Shown here piece after piece: positions 20,686 to 30,694 of a stretch of DNA of 64,000 bases. The notes under the pieces were generated by a model, which worked only from the letters and a program-made list of their open reading frames with translations, made no database searches and was not told where the DNA came from. Each line of letters starts with the position of its first letter. The stretch's first letter is position 1. Source of the DNA: an uncultured Candidatus Actinomarina sp. (GTDB lineage: Bacteria; Actinomycetota; Acidimicrobiia; Actinomarinales; Actinomarinaceae). The position numbers were made by a program, and so were the translations under genes. Location of the stretch: the NCBI GenBank assembly GCA_902582695.1, contig CACHTH010000003.1:16273-80272 (forward strand), read 5' to 3'.

Positions 20686-21954
20686 TTAATTTGATAAATT
20701 ATTTGTTTTAGAAATATTGCCAAACCAATAAGCAGATTTATGAGGTTTACGGGAATAATCGTTTTTATCTACTTCTACTAAACCAAAATTCATTTTGTAT
20801 CCAAGATCCCATTCAAAATTATCAAGAACTGACCAATAAAGATAACCCATTACTTTTCCATTTTCTGAAATGTAATCGTGAATATCACTTAATACATCTG
20901 TGACGAATTCTATTCTTTCCTCATCGTCATCAGTTGCTATACCATTTTCTGTTATGAAAATATCTTTATCAGGAAACACTGAATGAATTCTATGAAGGTT
21001 ATATAAAATTGCCTGCGGTCTGTATTCATATCCCATTTTTGTTGTTCTTATTCCATCAGGTTCATATTCATGTCTTCCAGAAAATGTATCTCGAAATCTC
21101 GGAAATGTATAAGTCCTCAGTAATGGAATTTTGATTTGAATCCAAGATAATGATTTAAATAAGATGTTTGGACTTGTTCTTCTAATACTATATGTCTGTA
21201 AAGCTATAAAATCATCTTCGTCAGAAGCATATAAAAACTTATCTTCCATGTGATATTTTATATATTCTTTTAGTGTGCTCTTGTCATCATCTTCCCACTC
21301 ATGGAGTGCGTGAGTCATACCAACTTTTGCTGAAGGATTATGTTCTTTTATTTTTTTCATTGAAAGTTTATGGGCAGAAATAATGTTTTCAGATGCTTGA
21401 ATAAATACTTTTTCATTTTGTACGCCAGGTGGAAATTTCTTTTTAGATAGATAACCAAACATTGAAAAAATTCCTGGTTCATTAATAGTATTAAAAAGCT
21501 CTATTTCCTTTGGAAGGTGTTGCATCATTACGTCTACATAATTAACAAACGCTGTTGTTGTTTTTTCAGATGCCCACAAACCATCATCCATTAACCATTC
21601 AGGTGTAGTGAAATGATGGAATGTAACTATAGGGGTAATATTTTTTTCTAATAAAAGTTTTGCTTTATCTACGTAATGATTAATTTCATTTAAATCGTAA
21701 TTACCTTCTTGTGGTTCTACCCTGCTCCATTCAATTGAAAATCGGAATGCTCTTATTCCTAGATCAACTAATAGATCTATATCTTCTTTATAAAGCTCAT
21801 AATGCTTGCAAGCCTCGTTGCATGGTTCTGCACAAACTGAATTATCTTTATTCTCCCAATGAGTCCAATCATTGTTATAAATACCACCTTCAACTTGATA
21901 TGAAGCAAGTGCTGTACCGAAAATAAAATTATCTGGAAACTTCTTATTTGTCAT
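20686..21954 (-). CDS. Glycoside hydrolase family 1 (beta-glucosidase-like)
   Basis: F.FGTA.ASYQVEG, RFSIEWSR, TINEP, ITENG, DNFEW. Confidence 0.95.
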   Translation of the reverse strand: MTNKKFPDNFIFGTALASYQVEGGIYNNDWTHWENKDNSVCAEPCNEACKHYELYKEDIDLLVDLGIRAFRFSIEWSRVEPQEGNYDLNEINHYVDKAKLLLEKNITPIVTFHHFTTPEWLMDDGLWASEKTTTAFVNYVDVMMQHLPKEIELFNTINEPGIFSMFGYLSKKKFPPGVQNEKVFIQASENIISAHKLSMKKIKEHNPSAKVGMTHALHEWEDDDKSTLKEYIKYHMEDKFLYASDEDDFIALQTYSIRRTSPNILFKSLSWIQIKIPLLRTYTFPRFRDTFSGRHEYEPDGIRTTKMGYEYRPQAILYNLHRIHSVFPDKDIFITENGIATDDDEERIEFVTDVLSDIHDYISENGKVMGYLYWSVLDNFEWDLGYKMNFGLVEVDKNDYSRKPHKSAYWFGNISKTNNLSN

Positions 21955-22315
21955 ATAAATAAATTACATACGTTATATAAATATAAAGGACTTGCAACAG
22001 AAATCTTATGAAGTGTTGTTGATTACTCCAGTAGTTTCTACCATATGGAAGATTGTTTATCCATACATATAGATTTGCACCATATAAAAGTACTAGAAGA
22101 ACAATCATTGCTAAAGCGGCTTCTTTTCTATATTTTGTAAGAAGTAAAAGCGGAATAACGATTTCAAGTATTCCAGTAAATTGATGTACCACTCGAGGGA
22201 ACGGAATAAAACTAGGAACTATTGCATCATAAAATTGTGGATTTAAGAAGTGATTAAATCCAGCTCCAATAAAGAAGAGTACATAAACATAAATTAATAC
22301 TTTTGTTATGTCCAC
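21944..22315 (-). CDS. DoxX-like membrane protein
   Basis: FFIGAGFNHF.NP.FY.AIVP...P, TGILE, AN.Y. Confidence 0.75.
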   Translation of the reverse strand: MDITKVLIYVYVLFFIGAGFNHFLNPQFYDAIVPSFIPFPRVVHQFTGILEIVIPLLLLTKYRKEAALAMIVLLVLLYGANLYVWINNLPYGRNYWSNQQHFIRFLLQVLYIYITYVIYLYDK

Positions 22316-23772
22316 TGTTTTGATTTATTAATAGCTTTATTCCATTTATTTAAATAGTGCTCTCGTTGTTTACTATCCATATTTGGATTCCAAGTTTTTG
22401 ATTGTGAAATAAATAAATTCATATTTTCTAATGGAAGATTATTAATAAAAAGATAAGCCGCAGCACCTGCACCTAAAGCAGTAATCTCATTAATTTTTTG
22501 TGAAGTCACTTTTTTATTAAATATATCAGATTGAAATTGCATGAGAAGATTATTAACAACCATACCTCCGTCTACATTTACAGTATCAAAGGTTGTTCCA
22601 ATGTCTTTCTCCATAGATTCAAGTAATTCATTAGATTGATATGCAACTGACTCTAAAACAGCTCTTGCAATATGTGATTTATTTGAAAATCTTGATAATC
22701 CAACTATCACACCTCTAGCAGTCTCATCCCAGTGAGGAGAAAATAATCCTGAAAAAGCTGGCACAAAATATACATTACCATTATCTTTTACACTCATAGC
22801 AAGTGACTCAATATCTTCACTATTCTCAATAATATTTAAGTTGTCTCTAAGCCATTGAACTGCGGCACCTGCAATTGAAACAGACCCTTCTAATGCATAT
22901 TGAGGATTATCTCCATCTTTTTGATAGGCAACAGTACTAAGTAAGCCATTGTTAGAATGTACTATCTCATTTCCTGTATTTGTTAACGCAAAGCAACCGG
23001 TTCCATAGGTATTTTTAACATCACCTGAATTTATACAGTTTTGGCCAAATAGAGCAGCTTGTTGATCCCCAAGTACAGAAGTCAATGGAACATTTTTTAA
23101 TAAGTCTGAATTAGTTCCGAAATTATAAAGAGATGGTTTTATCTCTGGCAGTGAATTTTCTGGAATATCTAATTTTATTAAAATATCTTTCATCCATTTC
23201 AATGTTTCCAAATCCATCAACAATGTTCTGCTTGCATTTGTTACGTCTGTTACGTGTTCACCTGTAAGCTTAAAAAGCAACCAACTATCAATAGTTCCAA
23301 AGCATAGATCATTATCTTCACGTGCTTGTTTCACTTCTTCAACATTTCTCAATAACCATAAAATTTTGGATAATGAAAAATATGTAGCAATTGGTAATCC
23401 TGTCTTATTAAATGAATCCTCTAATTCAGTTAAACCTTTAAGTTCATCACAAATATTTTGTGTTCTAGTGTCTTGCCAGACTAATGCATTATGTAGCGGC
23501 TCTGCTGTTGATTTTCTCCAAGCTAGTGTAGTTTCTCTTTGATTTGTGATACCAATGCTATCTAACTGGCCAATTGAAAATTCTTTATTTACTTCATTAA
23601 TGCAATTAAGTACTGATTCCCAAATTTCATTAGGATCATGCTCTACGGAGACCTCATCCGGAAAGTACTGGGTAAACTCTTGTTGGTGTTGATTAATTAT
23701 TAAACCAGATTCATCAAAAACTATAAATCTTGAACTTGTTGTTCCCTGATCAATAGCTCCGAAATATTTCAT
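22306..23772 (-). CDS. glpK: Glycerol kinase
   Basis: IDQGTTSSR, GITNQRET, TDVTNASRT, GDQQAALFG, KNTYGTGCF. Confidence 0.97.
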   Translation of the reverse strand: MKYFGAIDQGTTSSRFIVFDESGLIINQHQQEFTQYFPDEVSVEHDPNEIWESVLNCINEVNKEFSIGQLDSIGITNQRETTLAWRKSTAEPLHNALVWQDTRTQNICDELKGLTELEDSFNKTGLPIATYFSLSKILWLLRNVEEVKQAREDNDLCFGTIDSWLLFKLTGEHVTDVTNASRTLLMDLETLKWMKDILIKLDIPENSLPEIKPSLYNFGTNSDLLKNVPLTSVLGDQQAALFGQNCINSGDVKNTYGTGCFALTNTGNEIVHSNNGLLSTVAYQKDGDNPQYALEGSVSIAGAAVQWLRDNLNIIENSEDIESLAMSVKDNGNVYFVPAFSGLFSPHWDETARGVIVGLSRFSNKSHIARAVLESVAYQSNELLESMEKDIGTTFDTVNVDGGMVVNNLLMQFQSDIFNKKVTSQKINEITALGAGAAAYLFINNLPLENMNLFISQSKTWNPNMDSKQREHYLNKWNKAINKSKQWT

Positions 23773-23819
23773 AGCATTTATTTTAAATTTTTAAATTTAA
23801 TTATGTCCAATAAAAGAAT

Positions 23820-24080
23820 TTATATTCCGTTTTGAGAACCAAAAGGACCAATGATAGTTCCCATGATAAATCCATAGGTGAATCCATAAAAGAAACCAAT
23901 TTTAAGATATTTTATAGTCTCATTTCTAAATCGAAGCTTACCGTCATCTTCAAAACGAAACTTATATCTATATTTGTCAGAGAAAGTGTGTCGCACAACT
24001 GGATAGAGATAAAATATAAATCCAATACCAATACCTGATAAAATTCCTTCAATAAGTCTTGATATAGCTTCTTCTAACAT
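23820..24080 (-). CDS. Hypothetical membrane protein
   Basis: Two Gly-rich TM segments. Confidence 0.5.
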   Translation of the reverse strand: MLEEAISRLIEGILSGIGIGFIFYLYPVVRHTFSDKYRYKFRFEDDGKLRFRNETIKYLKIGFFYGFTYGFIMGTIIGPFGSQNGI

Positions 24081-24134
24081 TCTTTCAATTTAGTGACGTT
24101 CTTAAATTATCGAGATACAATAAGGTGACTTATT

Positions 24135-24887
24135 ATGGATTATCTGTACGACGATACAACTGTTTATATAATTTTATTTATTGTTGCCTTTTTTGCTTCT
24201 TTAATTGACTCAATAGCAGGAGGTGGAGGGTTATTGACAACTCCATCAATGCTTCTTGTTGGTATGGCACCACTGAATGTTCTAGCAACTAATAAATTTC
24301 AATCATGTTTTGGCACGTTTACATCAACCTATAATTATTACAGAAATGGTTTACTGGTAGAAAAGAAAAGAGTTTTATATTTTTTATTAGCATTTACTGG
24401 ATCGTCAATAGGTACATTGCTCGTAAGCAGAATTTCTAATGAAACACTTGAGTCAGTAATACCAATTTTACTAATTAGTGCTGCAATATTCTTTATTACA
24501 AACAAAGGACCATCCGGAGTAAAGAAAAATGCAAAATTACTTATCGTTTTCAATTTAGTTGTATTTGCAATTGGATTTTATGATGGATTTTTTGGGCCAG
24601 GTACAGGTTCATTTTTTGTTTTATCTTTCATAATTATTAAAGGAGCAAATATTATGGAAGCTACGGCAATAACAAAGCTTTTAAATTTTGCGTCTAATTT
24701 TGCTGCATTTATTATTTTCGCATTTCAAGATTATGTACTTTGGTACCTTGGCTTAACTATGGCCGTTGCACAAATCGCAGGTGCTTATACCGGATCTAGA
24801 TTTGCAATAAAAAACGGTGAAAAAGTTGTTAGACCAGTATTAGTTATTGTCTCAATACTTCTTTCTATAAGAATACTTATGGGATAA
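24135..24887 (+). CDS. TSUP (TauE/SafE) family transporter
   Basis: IDSIAGGGGL, ATNK.QS.FG, GFYDGFFGPGTGSF. Confidence 0.92.
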   Translation: MDYLYDDTTVYIILFIVAFFASLIDSIAGGGGLLTTPSMLLVGMAPLNVLATNKFQSCFGTFTSTYNYYRNGLLVEKKRVLYFLLAFTGSSIGTLLVSRISNETLESVIPILLISAAIFFITNKGPSGVKKNAKLLIVFNLVVFAIGFYDGFFGPGTGSFFVLSFIIIKGANIMEATAITKLLNFASNFAAFIIFAFQDYVLWYLGLTMAVAQIAGAYTGSRFAIKNGEKVVRPVLVIVSILLSIRILMG

Positions 24888-24914
24888 AAAAAACCGGCAG
24901 ACTAGCTACCGGTT
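24886..24914 (-). terminator. Rho-independent terminator of cold-shock gene
   Basis: ACCGGTAG-CTAGT-CTGCCGGT plus T-run on minus strand. Confidence 0.75.
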
Positions 24915-24935
24915 GTAAAACATGTTTAACTTAAT

Positions 24936-25133
24936 CTATTTAAGATTCTCAGCTGATGTTTTTCCGTTATTTTCTACTAAGTCGTACTCTACTTCTTGAC
25001 CTTCATCAAGATCTTGCATACCTGCACTTTTAACAGCTGAGATATGTACGAATACATCATTATCGCCTTCATCAGGTTCGATAAATCCATATCCTTTAGT
25101 GGAGTTAAACCATTTCACTTTGCCTTTCGGCAT
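24936..25133 (-). CDS. cspA: Cold-shock protein
   Basis: GKVKWFN..KGYGFI, DVFVH; start at ATG 25133 after AAGGAG. Confidence 0.95.
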   Translation of the reverse strand: MPKGKVKWFNSTKGYGFIEPDEGDNDVFVHISAVKSAGMQDLDEGQEVEYDLVENNGKTSAENLK

Positions 25134-25313
25134 ATTTCTCCTTAATTTCGTCATGTCTTGTAAAAGACATCTTAACTATACAGATACTGCGATTTATATT
25201 TTTAATTTAAAGTAAATTTATTGCTTGCCTAAAACTTCTCAGAACGTTCATATTTACCAAAGAGTTGTTCTGAGAATTTACTATTAAATATTGAAGTTTA
25301 TAAAATATTTTTT

Positions 25314-25433
25314 ATGAAAGCGAATAAATTCTTTATAGGTTCAATAATTGTTGTAATTATCTGTTTCTTAATCTATATTTCTTTTGCACTAATTTCAATA
25401 CCATTTGTATTACTTTTTTCTCTATTTACCTAA
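25314..25433 (+). CDS. Putative 39-aa membrane microprotein
   Basis: MKANKFFIGSIIVVIICFLIYISFALISIPFVLLFSLFT. Confidence 0.35.
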   Translation: MKANKFFIGSIIVVIICFLIYISFALISIPFVLLFSLFT

Positions 25434-25437
25434 AAAA

Positions 25438-25602
25438 TTAATTATTTTTTTTAAAAACAAAGAACCATAAACGAATTCCAAGATACGAAAAAATAACAGC
25501 AAGAATTACTTGTGTTGGAGTGTAGGTTGAGCGAAATAAGTGAAATGCTGGCCAAGCTATTGCTAAAAGACCAAGTAAACCAAAATTTTTTTTATATTTC
25601 AT
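25438..25602 (-). CDS. Putative 54-aa two-TM protein
   Basis: MKYKKNFGLLGLLAIAWPAFHLFRSTYTPTQVILAVIFSYLGIRLWFFVFKKNN; basic termini. Confidence 0.5.
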   Translation of the reverse strand: MKYKKNFGLLGLLAIAWPAFHLFRSTYTPTQVILAVIFSYLGIRLWFFVFKKNN

Positions 25603-25613
25603 TCTTTGTTTAA

Positions 25614-26819
25614 TTAATTTCCCTGTAAAGCACTATAGCAAGCATTAATTAAGTTTTGACACCTCTCACTAATTAAATACTCTCCACCTAATTTATTAAC
25701 CATATAGCCAAAAGATATTTTGCAATCAGGATCGGCAAATGTAGCACTACTGCCTCCAAAACCAACATGGCCAAAAGCATTTTGGCCAATGATAAACGAA
25801 CCACCTTCTCCTTGAAATTTGTTTCGATTGTCCATGTGTAACATGAATCCTTCAGAAAAACTTGTTGGTAACATTAACATTTTGTCTATACCTGGGACAG
25901 AATGTAACTGACTGAGCCTTTTTACTCTATCTTTAGAAAGAAGCTTACCGTTGTTTTGTGCAAGAGGTGTAAGCATTCCAGCTAATGAACGAGCATTTGT
26001 TATTCCACCTACACCACCTATTTCAGCTTTATAAGTTTCGACAGCATTGTAATCATATCCACCAGTATTAGTTAGTGACAATCTTTGCATCGACTCAGGG
26101 TCTGTTCTAAAAGCTTCTGCAAAACCACTTGGTTTATCAGATGGAGAGGAAGTAAATGGTGTTACTTTAGCTACTCTATCAATTTCATTCTGAGGTAAAC
26201 CGATCCAATATTCTAAGTTATATGGCTTACTAACTTCATCTTGAAAGTAATTTCCTAAAGATTTTCCTGTAATTCTTCTAATTAATTCTCCTATTAACCA
26301 ACCAGTTGTCATCATGTGATAACCAGTTTCATCTCCAGGATTCCAGAATGGTTTTTCATTTTCAAGTAAACCTACCATGTATTCCCAGTCATAAAAACCC
26401 CCCTCTTGAACAGGTGTTTTAAAAGCAGGTAATCCGGATGTGTGATTTAAAATCATACCTACGGTTGTTTCTTCTTTTCCATTTCTCCCATACTCGGGCC
26501 AATATTTAACAACCTTCTCTTCAGGGTGTAATTCTTCTCTATCAATTAACAAATGAGCACATAGTGCAAGTGCTGCTTTAGTACTAGAAAAGGCAACTGA
26601 TAATGTGTCCTCATTCCACTGTTCTGTTCTCTGTTCGGTAGTGTATCCACCCCAAACATCTACTGTTATTTCACCATCAACAACAACACAGAGTGACGAA
26701 CCTATTTCACTGTATTTATCATAATTTTCAGCAAATACTTCTACTACTTCTTGGAAGTCCTCATGACACTTTCCATTTATTTGTACTGAGGATTTATATT
26801 GAACTTCGACCTGTTTCAT
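25614..26819 (-). CDS. Serine hydrolase, beta-lactamase/class VIII esterase family
   Basis: FSSTK (SxxK), ILNHTSGL, GYH, FGHVGFGGS. Confidence 0.93.
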   Translation of the reverse strand: MKQVEVQYKSSVQINGKCHEDFQEVVEVFAENYDKYSEIGSSLCVVVDGEITVDVWGGYTTEQRTEQWNEDTLSVAFSSTKAALALCAHLLIDREELHPEEKVVKYWPEYGRNGKEETTVGMILNHTSGLPAFKTPVQEGGFYDWEYMVGLLENEKPFWNPGDETGYHMMTTGWLIGELIRRITGKSLGNYFQDEVSKPYNLEYWIGLPQNEIDRVAKVTPFTSSPSDKPSGFAEAFRTDPESMQRLSLTNTGGYDYNAVETYKAEIGGVGGITNARSLAGMLTPLAQNNGKLLSKDRVKRLSQLHSVPGIDKMLMLPTSFSEGFMLHMDNRNKFQGEGGSFIIGQNAFGHVGFGGSSATFADPDCKISFGYMVNKLGGEYLISERCQNLINACYSALQGN

Positions 26820-26941
26820 AATTTTATCCTACTGGTCAAATACCAGATTTTCTTCAATTGAAACTTTCAATTCTTCCTTGTAAGGAAAGCCTTCATGAAA
26901 CATTGTCATTAATATAAATATAGAAATTAAAAGGAGTCTAA

Positions 26942-27316
26942 ATGCAGTTACATAAAGACAGTGGATCACTAAGAGTTATTATTGATGTCAGCTATACATC
27001 TGCCGATGAATTTATAGACTTTATCGAAAATGAGCAATGTCAATTTATTGAAAGCTTGGGAGTAGATGGTTTAAAAAAGTTTGAATGGTACGTTAATGAC
27101 CAAACAAATACAGCAACCTTGATTGAAGAGTTTGACAATGCTGAGAGTTTTAAGGAAATAGCAAGTAAAGCAATAGGAACTCCAGTTAATTTAAAATTTC
27201 GTGAGATTACAACATTTGAAAATATGACAATTTTAGGTGATGTATCTGATGAAATGAAAGAAAATTTAGCTGCTATGGGACCAAAGTTTAGAACTTATAA
27301 AGCTGGGTTAAATTAA
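26942..27316 (+). CDS. Hypothetical protein, possibly ABM-like alpha/beta barrel
   Basis: G.KKFEWYVN.....ATLIEEF.N.E, TILGDVS; AAGGAG RBS. Confidence 0.55.
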   Translation: MQLHKDSGSLRVIIDVSYTSADEFIDFIENEQCQFIESLGVDGLKKFEWYVNDQTNTATLIEEFDNAESFKEIASKAIGTPVNLKFREITTFENMTILGDVSDEMKENLAAMGPKFRTYKAGLN

Positions 27317-27327
27317 AAAGGTAATAC

Positions 27328-27738
27328 ATGGAACCTAAAAAAAATAGGTCAATAGGTCTTATAATAAGAAGATTTTTCGCAATCTTTATTCTTTTTTCAA
27401 CAGCTTCAGGAATCGTTGCTCAGATAGAAACAGGAACATTTACTAATGAGACATTCGGAAGCGCATTTGTCAGTTTGTTGATAGCATATTATCTTGCGCG
27501 CTCCCCTAGAAATGCTACTCAAAGTTCAGATGTTGGTGTTGAAAGTAACAGCAGTGAGCTTGATGATGCAGTTCCAATGGATGAATTGTTAGAAGAGTTT
27601 GAAGAATCACTTGAAGAGATGGAATCTGAAGAAATCCAAACAAACTTCAAATCTGAGAAAGTAAATAAAAGAAATCCAGTGAGAGACAAACAAAGTATTT
27701 TTTCTAGAATATTCCAAGGAAAAACAGATAGATACTAA
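27328..27738 (+). CDS. Hypothetical membrane protein with acidic tail
   Basis: Two TM segments plus Glu-rich C-terminus. Confidence 0.55.
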   Translation: MEPKKNRSIGLIIRRFFAIFILFSTASGIVAQIETGTFTNETFGSAFVSLLIAYYLARSPRNATQSSDVGVESNSSELDDAVPMDELLEEFEESLEEMESEEIQTNFKSEKVNKRNPVRDKQSIFSRIFQGKTDRY

Positions 27739-28302
27739 CTATTTTATTAACCTGTCTTCAATCTGATCATAGACTTTGTTTTCAATAGTTTCTAATGAAG
27801 AGACAATTTTAGATTCATTTTTTTTACTCTCTTGCCATACAGGAACCATTGCGTTCCAAATTCCTTCTCCTTTATAACGTGAATACAGAGATGCAGCTAC
27901 ATGTACACCAATAGTGATATAACTAAGAAAAGCTGAAAATTCATGTAGCGCTATTGCAATACCCATTCCAGGAATGTCTGCATTAAAAATGCCAGCTATT
28001 AATAAACCAGTTGTTGGTAACATAACTAAACTAAAATACACAAGCCTGTGTGTAGCTTTAGCTATGAATAAATGACCTTTGTGCATCTCTTCATGTGCAC
28101 CAAGTAGTGTTTTTGCATCTTTCATATAGAAAAATCGTAGCATGACTATAACTAGAAAAATAACAGCAAAAATTATCTCAAAATTTAAAAGTGTTGCATC
28201 TTCTAATTCATCTAAGTCCTCTACTTGTTTGAATATTCCATACGCATAAAGAACGGAGAATGTCCAATGTATAGTTTTAGCTAGCAGTGTGTGGCTATTC
28301 AT
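27739..28302 (-). CDS. Cytochrome b561-like / cytochrome b membrane protein
   Basis: AKTIHW, ATHRLVY, PTTG, LHE, GVHVAASLY His pattern. Confidence 0.75.
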   Translation of the reverse strand: MNSHTLLAKTIHWTFSVLYAYGIFKQVEDLDELEDATLLNFEIIFAVIFLVIVMLRFFYMKDAKTLLGAHEEMHKGHLFIAKATHRLVYFSLVMLPTTGLLIAGIFNADIPGMGIAIALHEFSAFLSYITIGVHVAASLYSRYKGEGIWNAMVPVWQESKKNESKIVSSLETIENKVYDQIEDRLIK

Positions 28303-28317
28303 AAATAAAATTATATC

Positions 28318-28881
28318 TCACTTGTGTTGAGAAAACTCATACAGAAGCCAGGGAATCATTAGTAATGCTGCTATTGGATCAAAGTACCATAAATCAGTAA
28401 AATAATTTACTCCAACTCCAACAATTACCAGGACAGATAGATTTAAACAAAACAATGTTTCCTTAGCCTCAGCAATAATTACTGAATTGTTTGATGCCTT
28501 ACCAATTTGTAATTTCTTATAAGAAAGTGGTCCTTCAACAAATATTGAAACTAAAGCAATCAATATTCCATAAAAAGATGGTTCTGGTTTATAACTATTT
28601 AACAAGTCATATGATGATTTAAAGATAATAAAAAACACCAATACTAAAAAGGAGTATGCAATTAATTTTTCAGCAAATTGCTGAGATATTTTACTCGTAT
28701 TTGATAAACCTAAAAGTGCAATAATTGAAGCGTATATTTCTATAAAACTATCTAAACCGAAACTTAATAAGGTAGTAGAATTTTCTCCAATGCCGAAATA
28801 TAACGCAAAGATTCCTTCAGCTAAGTTATAAGCTATTGTAAAAATAATTAAATTTTTTGAAAATCGTAATGCATCACTCAT
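28318..28881 (-). CDS. Cation diffusion facilitator family protein (TM domain only)
   Basis: YNLAEG, FGLDSFIE, AEAKETLFC, WYFDPIAAL. Confidence 0.8.
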   Translation of the reverse strand: MSDALRFSKNLIIFTIAYNLAEGIFALYFGIGENSTTLLSFGLDSFIEIYASIIALLGLSNTSKISQQFAEKLIAYSFLVLVFFIIFKSSYDLLNSYKPEPSFYGILIALVSIFVEGPLSYKKLQIGKASNNSVIIAEAKETLFCLNLSVLVIVGVGVNYFTDLWYFDPIAALLMIPWLLYEFSQHK

Positions 28882-28890
28882 AAATATATT

Positions 28891-29577
28891 CTACAAAATT
28901 GCATTAAATATACTTTTACAATGCTCTTCCACACTGTCATAAACAGGTAATGATACATTGTCTTTATTTAACAACATACCCACTTCCGTACACCCAAGAA
29001 TAACTGAGTCTGCACCTTCTTGTTCAACTTCCTTAACTATATCTAAAAACATGTTTCTACTTTTTTCAGATGTTATATTAAAACAAAGTTCATCATAGAT
29101 TACAGCATGAAGAATAGCTCTAGATTCGTCAGTAGGTATTACAGGGTCTAATCCATAATCAGTTAATTTTTGGACATAGAACTCTTCTTCCATAGTGAAT
29201 TTGGTTGCAAGAAGGGCGGGTTTTTTATAGTCATCCTTAGTTATGTGATGAGCTGTAGACTCTGCAATATGAATTGATGGTATCGATATATCTTGCATCA
29301 TTTCATCAAATACTTTGTGCATTGTATTAGTACATAATGCGAGAACTTCGGCCCCTGCGTTTTCTAATGTTTTAGCTTCGTTGTTGAGCAAAGAGCCTAG
29401 TTCTGACCACTTACCATCATGCTGTAAACTCTCAATGAAAGAAAAGTTGACAGAGCTTAAGATGATTTTTGGTGTTGTTAAATCACCAAAATGATCATTT
29501 GATAGCTTATTTAGTTGTTTATAGTAAATTAACGTAGATGAGTAAGACATCCCACCTATTAATCCAATTGTTTTCAT
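28891..29577 (-). CDS. Aspartate/glutamate racemase family protein
   Basis: IGLIGGMS..ST..YY, CTNTMH, ILGCTE. Confidence 0.93.
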   Translation of the reverse strand: MKTIGLIGGMSYSSTLIYYKQLNKLSNDHFGDLTTPKIILSSVNFSFIESLQHDGKWSELGSLLNNEAKTLENAGAEVLALCTNTMHKVFDEMMQDISIPSIHIAESTAHHITKDDYKKPALLATKFTMEEEFYVQKLTDYGLDPVIPTDESRAILHAVIYDELCFNITSEKSRNMFLDIVKEVEQEGADSVILGCTEVGMLLNKDNVSLPVYDSVEEHCKSIFNAIL

Positions 29578-29602
29578 TATTAAAATATTATAGAGTTAAG
29601 TA

Positions 29603-29881
29603 ATGGAAGATTTATCATCAATTGGAACAGAATTTCAAGTTAAAGTATGGAAAGAAATTGCAAAAATACCATACGGGGAAACAAGAACATATAAAGACTT
29701 GGCGATAGCAATAGGAAAACCAAAAAGCTCAAGAGCAGTAGCTAACGCCTGTGGAAAGAATCCTTACCCTCCAACAATACCCTGTCATAGAGTTGTTCGA
29801 ACTGATGGAAAACTTGGTGGATACAGTGGCAAGGGTGGAATAAAAACTAAAAAGAAATTGCTTGAACAAGAACAGAGATAA
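29603..29881 (+). CDS. Minimal O6-methylguanine-DNA methyltransferase (C-terminal domain only)
   Basis: FQ.KVW....IPYG...TY, RAVANAC..NP, IPCHRV. Confidence 0.9.
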   Translation: MEDLSSIGTEFQVKVWKEIAKIPYGETRTYKDLAIAIGKPKSSRAVANACGKNPYPPTIPCHRVVRTDGKLGGYSGKGGIKTKKKLLEQEQR

Positions 29882-29995
29882 TTACTTTCTTTTACCTGTT
29901 CTATTAGTTCTCCAATCAAGTCGACCTCTACGTTTTAGCATGTGCTTTTTCTTACGTGCCTGTCGTCTAGCCTCAGTTACTTCTTTATCTGCCAT
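29882..29995 (-). CDS. Small highly basic protein, 37 aa (not in ORF track)
   Basis: MADKEVTEARRQARKKKHMLKRRGRLDWRTNRTGKRK. Confidence 0.55.
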   Translation of the reverse strand: MADKEVTEARRQARKKKHMLKRRGRLDWRTNRTGKRK

Positions 29996-30045
29996 AATTT
30001 ATATTTGAATAATAATCTAATTGGTACAAAATGCTACATTGATAT

Positions 30046-30627
30046 ATGCCCTTATTAGTTCGTAGATACATCCAAGCAGTGACAGGTATAACAATGATTG
30101 GTATTGGCGTTGCTTTTAATTACATGGCAAATCTGGGTTTGGGTCCGTGGGGTGTACTACATGACGGTATTTCTAAAACAATAAATATTACCTATGGTCA
30201 AGCTGGAATAATGACCTCATTGATTTCACTACTATTGTGGATACCTCTGAAACAAAAACCCGGTATTGCGACTATCTTTGATGCTTTCTGGATTGGTTTA
30301 ACAGCAGACTTTGTTATTAATATAATTCCAGATGCTCCGTCTTTAGTAATTCAAATAATATATTTAATTACTGGAATTACTTTAATTGGTCTTGGGACTG
30401 CAATATATGTCGGTGGTGATTTAGGTGCAGGTCCAAGAGACGGTATTATGGTTGGTCTTGAAAAACTTGGATTAAAAATTGGAACTGCGAGAACCCTTCT
30501 AGAGTTTGTAGCATTTTCTATTGGATTTCTTTTAGGTGGAAAAATTGGTATTGCATCAATAATAATTGTTTTGTCAATAGGAAGAGTTCTGCAAGTATTT
30601 ATGCCTTATTTCGATTTACGTAAATAA
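30046..30627 (+). CDS. YczE/YyaS/YitT family membrane protein
   Basis: ANLGLGPW.VLHDG, PGIATI, LGAGPRDGIM, LGGKIG. Confidence 0.88.
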   Translation: MPLLVRRYIQAVTGITMIGIGVAFNYMANLGLGPWGVLHDGISKTINITYGQAGIMTSLISLLLWIPLKQKPGIATIFDAFWIGLTADFVINIIPDAPSLVIQIIYLITGITLIGLGTAIYVGGDLGAGPRDGIMVGLEKLGLKIGTARTLLEFVAFSIGFLLGGKIGIASIIIVLSIGRVLQVFMPYFDLRK

Positions 30628-30694
30628 ACTTATTTAATATTAATTTATATTTTTTAACGAGTAAGGTGGTATTAGGTAATAAGCCTGTTACCTC

